Assembly (NCBI GenBank): GCA_030426285.1
Contig: JAUHYX010000003.1
Coordinates: 1 to 36,358, forward strand
DNA from: a bacterium
GTDB taxonomy: Bacteria > Bacteroidota > Ignavibacteria > Kapaibacteriales > UBA7675
Direction of reading: 5' to 3'
DNA length: 36,358 bases
Both the position numbers and the translations under genes were made by a program. The first letter of the stretch is position 1; each line of letters opens with the position of its first letter. Below the pieces are notes generated by a model. It ran no database searches and was not told the origin of the DNA. It saw only the letters and a program-made list of their open reading frames with translations. This document shows positions 18,867 to 27,309 of the stretch, one piece after another.

Positions 18867-18888
18867 AGAATGGGCAATAGAGAATGGG
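18861..18888. repeat. Perfect 14-bp tandem duplication
   Basis: CAATAGAGAATGGG x2 (18861-18874, 18875-18888). Confidence 0.9.
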
Positions 18889-18890
18889 TA

Positions 18891-20306
18891 TTACACTCCT
18901 GAGGTCTCTTCAATGAATCGAAGGGACTTCGGGAGCAAGCCCATCGCATCTAATTCCTTTATACCGCGCAACATGCGGTTGTCGATAATTGTACCTTCAG
19001 GCACCAACATACTCCCGGTAGCCGAATAGATAGGTTGGGCTGAAATCCAGCCTATTTTTATTTGTTGCGCACTTACTTCGTGCATTTGTCGCGTGCCTTT
19101 CTTTTTGCGCGCAATTGATGGTGCTACAAAACCATCGGCGTCAGGAATACTGGCCTGTTCAGGCATGTGGCCATCAGAAATGAGTTCTTCGCGTTCTTTG
19201 CGCAAATCGATAAGCGCTGGGCTTGTGCCATTTTCAAGCACATACATGAATGCGTCGACAACAAGCGGGCTGAACTTGTGCTTGTTTTCGAGAATCCACT
19301 GTACGGCCTCGAATTGCTTCTGCGCTTCTTCAGCCTTTGGCAGCGAGTGAGAAAACACATCAGGTGCTTGAAAATACTGCTCAGCTGGAATGCGATACAC
19401 GAGGTTGTGATACTTATCTGCCAACGAAAGAACAAGCGCTTCAATAGCAATCTCATCAGCTTTGAGTCCATGCGGAAACCCACTCCCATCGTACAGTTCG
19501 TGGTGCTGCGCAATAATATGCGCTTCTCGCTCCATGCCATTCACACTTTCTAAGTGCTTCACGGCCTTTTTCACATGCTCTTCGTATTTAAGTCGTTCGT
19601 TGCCCACGAGCGTGTCTGGCGAAGGTACAATGATCTGTTCGGAAATTCCGAGTTTACCAATGTCGTGCAATAGACTCGCAACGCTGAGTCGCAGCAATCG
19701 CTCTTCGGGCAAGCCGAGTTCAACGCCAATTGCGCGCGCGAGTACCGCCACAGTTTGTGCATGTGGCGTGTAATAATACCCTTCGTGATTGTTGATAAAG
19801 CCGTACATCAGCTTTACCGTTTGCACCATGTTGTAATGCGTCTGCTTGGTCAGTTTTTGCAACTCAGCATTTTGCGCCTTGGTAACTTCCAAAAGCTGCT
19901 TGTTTTCAGCCACCAGAAAGTAATGTTCAAAACAACGATCCAGTGTGTGTACCAACTCTGAGTTGTGCCAAGGTTTTGCCAAAAACTTAAACACAATCTC
20001 GCCATTGAGACCACTCATCAAATCGGCGACATCTACAAAGGCAGTCAGAATCACTTTCACGGTATCGGGAACAATCTTGTGTGCCTCTTCTAGGAATTCT
20101 AATCCATTCAGCCCAGGCATCATTTGATCAGAGAGAATCACATGTGGCACATATCCTGCTTTGAGTTTCTCTAAAGCAGTTTCTGCACAATCTGCCGTCT
20201 GAACCGCATAGTGGTCTTGAAACAATCTCGAGAGATACTTCAAGCTCATGCGGTCGTCGTCAACGACAAGAAGCTTTCGTTCGGTTGTTTGGTCTGAATC
20301 TGCCAC
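18891..20306 (-). CDS. Response regulator with an HD-GYP-like phosphohydrolase domain
   Basis: REC: LVVDDD, SDQMMPG, ILT, KPW. HD domain: PHAQTVA, LLHDIGK, EEH, QHHELYDGSGFPHGL, LADKY. GTG start. Confidence 0.88.
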   Translation of the reverse strand: MADSDQTTERKLLVVDDDRMSLKYLSRLFQDHYAVQTADCAETALEKLKAGYVPHVILSDQMMPGLNGLEFLEEAHKIVPDTVKVILTAFVDVADLMSGLNGEIVFKFLAKPWHNSELVHTLDRCFEHYFLVAENKQLLEVTKAQNAELQKLTKQTHYNMVQTVKLMYGFINNHEGYYYTPHAQTVAVLARAIGVELGLPEERLLRLSVASLLHDIGKLGISEQIIVPSPDTLVGNERLKYEEHVKKAVKHLESVNGMEREAHIIAQHHELYDGSGFPHGLKADEIAIEALVLSLADKYHNLVYRIPAEQYFQAPDVFSHSLPKAEEAQKQFEAVQWILENKHKFSPLVVDAFMYVLENGTSPALIDLRKEREELISDGHMPEQASIPDADGFVAPSIARKKKGTRQMHEVSAQQIKIGWISAQPIYSATGSMLVPEGTIIDNRMLRGIKELDAMGLLPKSLRFIEETSGV

Positions 20307-20397
20307 TAGGCCGTCTCCCTAAGCGCCCGGTTGTACAAAGTATGGTGAACTGAAAAGACTACAGCGCTTCGCAAAATAGCTTCTGAAATCCGCAATG

Positions 20398-21033
20398 TCA
20401 ATTGCCTTTGTTGAGCGCGCTCTGCAGTTGGGCAACAGAGTCTACAATCACAGCCGCTTTGGCTTCTTCGAGTTGAGCTTTTGACCTTAGTCCCCAGCTC
20501 ACCGCAATACAATCCACTCCTGCATGGCGAGCGGTTTGCACATCTACTTCGCTGTCACCCACGAATACACTCTGTTGGTTGCCGAACAGTGCCACGCTTT
20601 CTGATAGTCCGTACGGATCGGGTTTGGCGGGGATGCCATCGCGTTTACCAAGCACGCTAGTAAACACATTCGGCAGTGCTTCTTGCACGCATCGAACTGT
20701 CAACTCATGCGGCTTGTTTGAGAGAACAGCTAGTGTGTGACCATCTGTATGGAGCGCAGATAACAGTTCCGGAATGCCCTGATACGGATGCGCAAACTGC
20801 CCAATGACATCTGAATACGCGCTGATAAATTCGCGGTATACTTCTTTGCCATGTTCGGGATCAAAATCTATTGTGTGTTGCAAAAGGTACTTAGCCCCCC
20901 ACCCCACAAATTCAGCACATGCTGTCTCAGAAAGAAGTGGTTGCTTGCGCGCACTTCGCAAAGTATTTACCGCAGCAGTGATATCACCAATGCTATCGAT
21001 AAGAGTTCCATCGAGGTCAAACACAATTGTCAT
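20398..21033 (-). CDS. HAD family hydrolase, phosphoglycolate phosphatase-like
   Basis: FDLDGTLIDS, LSNK, KPDP, VGDSEVDVQTA. Confidence 0.9.
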   Translation of the reverse strand: MTIVFDLDGTLIDSIGDITAAVNTLRSARKQPLLSETACAEFVGWGAKYLLQHTIDFDPEHGKEVYREFISAYSDVIGQFAHPYQGIPELLSALHTDGHTLAVLSNKPHELTVRCVQEALPNVFTSVLGKRDGIPAKPDPYGLSESVALFGNQQSVFVGDSEVDVQTARHAGVDCIAVSWGLRSKAQLEEAKAAVIVDSVAQLQSALNKGN

Positions 21034-21167
21034 GCGCGCTCACAGTTTTAACACATCATTAACAAAAAAACTTGAAACCATTGGCTCAAAGTCGGGTACA
21101 CCCGGTCAGAGCCAACACAATTAATCCATGTATTGCTTCGGGGGAAGACAATATAGGGAGACCTACT

Positions 21168-21599
21168 ATGAAAACGTGGTCACTACTACTTTTGGCAGCT
21201 TGTTTGTGCATTCCATCACTGAGTTCAGCTCAAATTATTCCCGGAAACGGCAAAGCCTACATCAATATCGCTGAGCTTCCAATTAGGCAATATGACTCAA
21301 TCAGCACCGATCAAGCACTCGCCGTACCAGATGTGACTGATGTGCAAGAGCAAACGGAAATTCACGTAAACATCAATGTATTCCCCAATCCAGCTGTGGA
21401 GACAATAACACTCTCAACCGAGGGCGAGAACATGTCAACGATTACTATTGTCAATGACAGGGGACAAGAAATTCTCACTCTCACTCCGGATGCAGAGCAG
21501 GCCAATATCGATGTTGCGCACCTCAACAGCGGCATGTATACAGCTGTTGTTCGCATCAACAATTCGATTCAACATGTGCGCTTTGCGATTACGAATTGA
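21168..21599 (+). CDS. Small T9SS type A sorting-domain protein
   Basis: RBS GGGAG; signal peptide ending SSA|Q; CTD NVFPNPA...IVNDRGQEI...IDVAHLNSGMY...VRFAI. Confidence 0.85.
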   Translation: MKTWSLLLLAACLCIPSLSSAQIIPGNGKAYINIAELPIRQYDSISTDQALAVPDVTDVQEQTEIHVNINVFPNPAVETITLSTEGENMSTITIVNDRGQEILTLTPDAEQANIDVAHLNSGMYTAVVRINNSIQHVRFAITN

Positions 21600-22383
21600 G
21601 CTGTTTGTTCAGGAACCAGATCAGGGTTTTCCATGAGGAAGCGTCTGCTTCTTCGTTGTACGCAATGTTTAATCCAAATTTTTCGCCAGCCGCGGTTGCA
21701 CCCGGGTTGGTGAATCCGTGAACTGCATTGGGATAATTATGAAACACAAACTCGATACCGGCGGCGGATGCCTCAGCTTTGATGGCATCCAATGCCTCTT
21801 TTGGCACGAAAGTGTCATCTGCTCCATTGCACAAGAGCACAGGTGTTGTCAGGACGTTTGACGTATCGCCGGTGGCATTGCCCGGCGAGCCGTGAAAACT
21901 CGCAACTGCGGCTAGTGGCATTCCGAGTCTCGACATATTGAGCACAATGCCTCCGCCAAAACAATAGCCGATCGCAGCTATGTTCTCGGTTGTCATCTTG
22001 TGACGCAACAGTACATCGTAAGCGGCCTTAAAGCTCTGAGCAGCTCGCGGCAGGTCTTGGAACACAGCGCCTGCGAATGCGCCAGCTTCTTTTGGGTGCG
22101 CGGCTGTTTTGCCGTCGCCAAACATATCAATCGCCATTGCCACAAAGCCTTCTTTGGCCAGCATATGCGCGCGCTTGCGAGCATAATCATTGAGTCCCCA
22201 CCATTCGTGCACAACCAACACGCCGCCGCGCGGTTCGGCAATAGCGTCATCGTACATGACAACGCCGCGGTATTCTTGACCATCGACTTCGTATGACACT
22301 TCTTCTTCGACAACAGCGCCAAGAGCATGCGTCGAAAACACCACACTCGCAAGAATTGTAAACATCCACAACGACTGCTTCAT
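21589..22383 (-). CDS. Dienelactone hydrolase family protein with signal peptide
   Basis: VVHEWWGLND, IGYCFGG nucleophile elbow, FHG, GADDTFV, AVHGFTNP. Confidence 0.93.
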   Translation of the reverse strand: MKQSLWMFTILASVVFSTHALGAVVEEEVSYEVDGQEYRGVVMYDDAIAEPRGGVLVVHEWWGLNDYARKRAHMLAKEGFVAMAIDMFGDGKTAAHPKEAGAFAGAVFQDLPRAAQSFKAAYDVLLRHKMTTENIAAIGYCFGGGIVLNMSRLGMPLAAVASFHGSPGNATGDTSNVLTTPVLLCNGADDTFVPKEALDAIKAEASAAGIEFVFHNYPNAVHGFTNPGATAAGEKFGLNIAYNEEADASSWKTLIWFLNKQLNS

Positions 22384-22409
22384 AAATATTCCCTTGTAGT
22401 TCATGTGTA

Positions 22410-23087
22410 TCAATCAAATGCTCGTTTGACGGTTGTCCATTCAGCAAACTCTGAGCGATCCTTACGCCAGCTACCTGGTTTTACTGTGAGTTGGTCTGCA
22501 TTGTGCGGCGAGTTCACGAATACTGCAGCTGCCAAGACACTGTTTTCTGGTTTCTGCATCAATGTCGCTGCCTGTTCTGACTGCAGGATCCCGCCGCTTG
22601 ACCAATAATTATAGAGATTCCGTTTGGTTAATCCCAACAGAATGTTCTGCACAAATGCGCCCGTGGCAAGCATGTGCTCCATGTTGCGTTGTGCCCTTTT
22701 TGACTCGTCGATGGTACCATCCGTGGGTTCTACGGCGGCATAAACGAGCACGAGAGCTTCAGCTGCGTTGAGCAGAGAAAACATTTTGCCGGCGCGTGGA
22801 CCGTCTGCGGGTCCATCCCCATCACATGCGCAAGCGTACATGTGCTCGTGCAGTTGCTCACATCCCGTCCGGTGAATCAGCACACAACGCCACGGCTCCT
22901 TGGCTGTGCCGCCCAATACGTCCGATGCCGGGTAGTGAAAAGGCGCCATCCCAGCTACACCAAGAGTCGCCTGCACCTCTGCGAACACGCGATCAAAATG
23001 TGGGTCAGAAGCATCTGCAATATCACCTGGCAACTTGCCAAGTACTTTGCGCGACTGCCGCTGTAGTATAGAGTCATCTACCGTCAT
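22410..23087 (-). CDS. Nitroreductase-like family protein
   Basis: RQSRK, AGMAPFH, EPWR, ATGAFVQNILLGLT...YWSSG pattern; start uncertain (23087 or upstream). Confidence 0.7.
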   Translation of the reverse strand: MTVDDSILQRQSRKVLGKLPGDIADASDPHFDRVFAEVQATLGVAGMAPFHYPASDVLGGTAKEPWRCVLIHRTGCEQLHEHMYACACDGDGPADGPRAGKMFSLLNAAEALVLVYAAVEPTDGTIDESKRAQRNMEHMLATGAFVQNILLGLTKRNLYNYWSSGGILQSEQAATLMQKPENSVLAAAVFVNSPHNADQLTVKPGSWRKDRSEFAEWTTVKRAFD

Positions 23088-23217
23088 TTCAGTTCTTACC
23101 TTAATTGTACATCCGCTCATGAGACGAAACACCGTATCTGCTTCGTGTGAAGAAGCGTGTAAATCTCATTGACTGAGTACCCTCTTCAAGAAAAAACACA
23201 TTATTTTCACTTTTTAC

Positions 23218-23246
23218 TTGCACAGAACACAAAACAAGCGCATATT
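23218..23246 (+). promoter_or_regulatory. Sigma70-like promoter with an AT-rich upstream element
   Basis: TTGCAC-17 bp-CATATT, same architecture as the tRNA promoter at 31616-31644. Confidence 0.6.
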
Positions 23247-23252
23247 GCAATC

Positions 23253-23325
23253 GCACAGCAGGCATACCCCCAATTTGTACTGGTGTACAAATTGAGCCCA
23301 CGTTCCCCACGTGGGCTTTTTTTTT
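23253..23325 (+). ncRNA. Candidate ~70-75 nt small RNA (or attenuator of the kinase operon)
   Basis: Follows the promoter; perfect 10-bp hairpin CAATTTGTAC-TGGT-GTACAAATTG (23271-23294), then terminator AGCCCACGT-TCCCC-ACGTGGGCT plus T run (23295-23325). Confidence 0.55.
23295..23325 (+). terminator. Rho-independent terminator
   Basis: 9-bp perfect stem, TCCCC loop, 8 further T. Confidence 0.88.
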
Positions 23326-23407
23326 GCCCAAAAATGATTGTTTTCGTCTGCCAATCTCCTATTTTTTGTCTTTGTATCTCATTCAGGCTTTTGAGGCATT
23401 ACCGATT

Positions 23408-26400
23408 ATGTTTCGTGCTTACTCTTTGTCGACCCGTATTTCCATTGTTATGACTGTCGTAATGACGGTAGCTTTGGCTGTACTTGTATTCGCATTGAGT
23501 CTGACTGACGACGAATCGAATCCGCAGGAAATGACTGACAGATTGGTGCACGGCGTGCTAAACAACATTGATCGCGAACTGCAGCACATGCTTCAGAGCA
23601 GCGCTCAAGAAGTCGCAATTGAGTATTATTCTACGGGAGTGGTGGCGAGTGCGATCGACGCAGCTACTGTAGATACCTCAGCAGTGTCAGCAGCGTTACA
23701 CATTGGTGCACAACCAGAACATCAGGCTGACGGTGGGCTCACATCTTCACTTTTGATTGCTGGCGATGCCACGTTGCTGCACGTAGCTATACCAGAGGGC
23801 GACAGCAGTAAAACTGTTTATGTACCTATAAATCTCCAGCCGTTGTTCGAAACACGCACAACTCCTCATGGCACAATTGACTGCGCTTTGTTGGTGAAAG
23901 ATGCACAGCGAGGAAATATCGTTCGGGTTGCTGCATCTCAGCCAGACCTTCTAGCTGATAGCCTTCCACTTCTACGCGGCGGGTCAGGTACATTTGAACA
24001 AGATGAGGGTATGTGGGCATACAAAGCATCTCACGTACCACAACTCGTTTTAGCAACACATCAAAGTCCACTTGCTGAACCGGAATCAAACACGATAGCA
24101 CTCATCATTGCAGGTATCCTTACTTGGCTAGCAGCTCTACCGTGGATTGTTGGTCTGGTGCGCTACACCGTGCACGACAGCACCACTCGCGCAAATGCTG
24201 TAGTCCGCATGCCCAAACTCGACAAATCAGAAGCAATTCTCGCTATTCCCAAGGAGCTGCAACCAATCGCCAACTATGTTGTTGAACACGCCCTTCAACG
24301 AAATGCTCTGCAAGAACAGAATCACATTTTGGCAGATTTCCGCAAACACTATTTACATGCGATCCCCGAACTCGCTTGTGAGTGCACACAAGACGGGCTT
24401 ATAACACGTGCAAACCCTGCGTTCTTACATGTTTTTGATGTTGCCACAAACGGCTCTCAACTGTTACAGCAAGTTCTAGGTTTGCAGCATGAACAAGCCC
24501 AGAGCAGCGAATCTCGTGAAGTGGTAAACGACATTCCAGACACGGTGCATGTGCCAAATGCGACCGCTGGTTCAAACAACAAAACTGAACAGTACACCGT
24601 TCACAAGCACCGAATAGGCGATGCGATCGTCATAGTTTTTGCAAAAGACATGCAGCAGCACTTTGAAGAGCATCAGCAACAGCTTGTGTTGGAAAAGACG
24701 CATGAGGTGCTTGAATCTCTGCCCGCAGCAACGCTGTTGGTTCACGCGAGGACGGATGAGATCAAGCTGTGTAATGTCAAGGCGCAAGCGCTATTTGACA
24801 GTCACGACATCGTTGGCAAAACCTTTCCCGATGCCGTGATGTCCCCAATCGCCACAGAAGAACAAAGCTCGGCACTGCGCGTCTGGTTCAACAGCCGCAG
24901 TTTATCCGGATTCGTGTATCCGATTGCCAACGCCGCCGACAGCTCGGAGCACCGCACCGTCGAATTCCAACAGTCGAAGGCTATTGGCGCGTATAGAGTG
25001 GTGCATGTCACAGATGTGTCTCTGCGCATTGAAGCTGAACTTGCGGCAGCGGCTGCACAGCAAAGAATGAAGAGTATGTTGGAAATTGTGCCGTTGGGTA
25101 TTCTAGTGTTTGATGACAACAAGCGCATTGTGTTGGCAAACCACACGCTCAATGACTTTTTGGATCAGGATATTAACAGCGTTGGAACGGTTGAGGAGTT
25201 TGTTGACGCGACCGTGGTGAACGACGCGGATAAGATGAAGCTGAATACTTTTGCTGCTTCTCCCCGAAATACATACAGTGCCGAAGATGGTGCAGTGGCA
25301 AAGTCTATTGTCTTCAAAACGCGCTCCGGACGTCAAAAAGTAGCTGAAGTTCGAGTCAAGTGCATCGAGTCTTACAATCGCATGCTCATCGTGCGCGACA
25401 TCACACAAGAGCTCGAGCAGCAAACAGCATTGCAAGAGAGTGAAACGCGCTTTAAGCAAATGGCAGACAATGTTGATTTTATGATTTGGCTGACGGATAC
25501 ATCCAACAATGTGCTGTATGTGAATCATTCATTCTGCAACACTTTTGAAGTGTCTGAAGCGGAATACAGAAAATCCCCTGAAATGTTGTTTAGTCGCATT
25601 CACCAACACGACCGTGAGATGTTCCAGGACCGTCACTACATCATGGAACGCTATGGGTGCTCTACGCCACGCGAGCTTGAATTCCGCATTTCTCCGCCAT
25701 CTGGAGTGATGCGTTGGATTCGCGACAAGGCATTCGCGATTTACGACAAAGAGGGCAACGAAATTCGCCGTGCAGGTATCGCTTATGACATCTCCGAACA
25801 GAAAAATGCCGAATTGCAATTGCAACAAGCGGTATTGCAAGTTCAAGATCAGAACCAACAACTCAACGAACAGAAGTTCAAGTTGGAAGACGCACTCGAC
25901 GAACTGAAGTCTGCCCAAAGCAAGCTCGTTCAAACCGAAAAAATGGCAGCTCTCGGACAACTCATCGCCGGCATTGCACATGAGATCAACACGCCGCTCG
26001 GCGCAATACAGTCGTCGGCTACCACCATCGACGCAGTGCTCAACGAAGTGCTCAAGAATGTTTCAGAAGTGCATGCCATGCTCAGCGCCGAAGAATATCG
26101 AGCATTTGAAAACCTCGTTGCCATTGCTCTCGACACACAGGTGACACTCTCCATGAAAGAGCGTCGCGAGTTGCGTAAAGTTGTCGAACGTGAGCTGCAA
26201 GCTCACTTGGGCAACAACAGCCGGATGGCGGCGCAAATTCTCGTAAACATGGGTATTGAACCGAGTAATAAGCACCTTCAAACTCTTCTGAAGCACAATG
26301 ATGTGTTGAAGCTCTTGGAAGCTGCCAACAGAATTACGGACGTCAGTAACGGCACGAAGAACATTCTCTCTGCCGCTGAACGCGCTGGTAAAATCGTGTT

Positions 26401-26905
26401 TGCGCTCAAAAATTTCTCACGTCAAGACGCCTCTGGAACTGCGGTGCCTATGAGCGTAGCTGACAACCTCAACGATGTGCTGATACTGTATCACAATCAA
26501 TTAAAACACGATATTGTTGTCGACAAACATTTTGACGACGTTCCCGCTATTGAAGGTTACCCGGATCAGCTGGGACAGGTGTGGACAAACCTGTTGCAGA
26601 ATTCTATCCAAGCCATGCAAGGTCGTGGCGAGTTGGGTATAAAGCTGTTTTACACTCCTGACAACGACATGGTAAACATTGCCATTACCGACTCAGGAAG
26701 TGGTATGGAAAAACAGACTCTCGAGCGTATTTTTGACCCGTTCTTCACTACAAAACCACATGGAGAAGGTACCGGGCTTGGGCTGGACATTGTACAGCGC
26801 ATTGTCAACAATCACAACGGCAAGATCCATGTAGAGAGCAAGGTCGGTCGCGGCACAACATTTACCGTTTCATTGCCAGTGAAACAACCTGGAGCAGAAT
26901 CATGA
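23408..26905 (+). CDS. Membrane-bound multi-PAS sensor histidine kinase
   Basis: Two TM helices flanking a periplasmic region; several PAS/PAC domains (LYVNHSF...RWIRDKAF...GIAYDISEQK); H-box AGIAHEINTPLG; QVWTNLLQNSIQA, DSGSGM, IFDPFFTTK, GTGLGL. Confidence 0.93.
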   Translation: MFRAYSLSTRISIVMTVVMTVALAVLVFALSLTDDESNPQEMTDRLVHGVLNNIDRELQHMLQSSAQEVAIEYYSTGVVASAIDAATVDTSAVSAALHIGAQPEHQADGGLTSSLLIAGDATLLHVAIPEGDSSKTVYVPINLQPLFETRTTPHGTIDCALLVKDAQRGNIVRVAASQPDLLADSLPLLRGGSGTFEQDEGMWAYKASHVPQLVLATHQSPLAEPESNTIALIIAGILTWLAALPWIVGLVRYTVHDSTTRANAVVRMPKLDKSEAILAIPKELQPIANYVVEHALQRNALQEQNHILADFRKHYLHAIPELACECTQDGLITRANPAFLHVFDVATNGSQLLQQVLGLQHEQAQSSESREVVNDIPDTVHVPNATAGSNNKTEQYTVHKHRIGDAIVIVFAKDMQQHFEEHQQQLVLEKTHEVLESLPAATLLVHARTDEIKLCNVKAQALFDSHDIVGKTFPDAVMSPIATEEQSSALRVWFNSRSLSGFVYPIANAADSSEHRTVEFQQSKAIGAYRVVHVTDVSLRIEAELAAAAAQQRMKSMLEIVPLGILVFDDNKRIVLANHTLNDFLDQDINSVGTVEEFVDATVVNDADKMKLNTFAASPRNTYSAEDGAVAKSIVFKTRSGRQKVAEVRVKCIESYNRMLIVRDITQELEQQTALQESETRFKQMADNVDFMIWLTDTSNNVLYVNHSFCNTFEVSEAEYRKSPEMLFSRIHQHDREMFQDRHYIMERYGCSTPRELEFRISPPSGVMRWIRDKAFAIYDKEGNEIRRAGIAYDISEQKNAELQLQQAVLQVQDQNQQLNEQKFKLEDALDELKSAQSKLVQTEKMAALGQLIAGIAHEINTPLGAIQSSATTIDAVLNEVLKNVSEVHAMLSAEEYRAFENLVAIALDTQVTLSMKERRELRKVVERELQAHLGNNSRMAAQILVNMGIEPSNKHLQTLLKHNDVLKLLEAANRITDVSNGTKNILSAAERAGKIVFALKNFSRQDASGTAVPMSVADNLNDVLILYHNQLKHDIVVDKHFDDVPAIEGYPDQLGQVWTNLLQNSIQAMQGRGELGIKLFYTPDNDMVNIAITDSGSGMEKQTLERIFDPFFTTKPHGEGTGLGLDIVQRIVNNHNGKIHVESKVGRGTTFTVSLPVKQPGAES

Positions 26906-27309
26906 AGCCACAACTGCACTTCTATTTTATATGTGTAGATGATGAAGATATCATTCTGACGAGCCTTGAAGCTCAACTCAGGCATCACTTTGGCGGCAAG
27001 TACAATTATGAGTTTGCCAACAGTGCTGAAGATGCAGAAGAGATTATCGAAGAAATCCGCAACGATGCGAATTCAATACTCGTGGTGATCTCCGACTGGT
27101 TGATGCCTGGACAAAAAGGCGATGTGTTTCTCAAGCATGTGCATGAGAAATTGCCCGATGTAGTCACCATCATGTTGAGCGGTCAAGCCGACTCAGATGC
27201 TGTGGAACGCGCTCGCAAAGAAGCGAACCTACACGCATTCATTGCAAAACCTTGGGATGAACGCGACCTCATTGCCGCCATTGAATCGGGAATTAGTGTT
27301 GACTCATGA
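26902..27309 (+). CDS. Single-domain response regulator
   Basis: ICVDDE, ISDWLMPG, MLSG, KPW; ATGA overlap with the kinase. Confidence 0.92.
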   Translation: MKPQLHFYFICVDDEDIILTSLEAQLRHHFGGKYNYEFANSAEDAEEIIEEIRNDANSILVVISDWLMPGQKGDVFLKHVHEKLPDVVTIMLSGQADSDAVERARKEANLHAFIAKPWDERDLIAAIESGISVDS

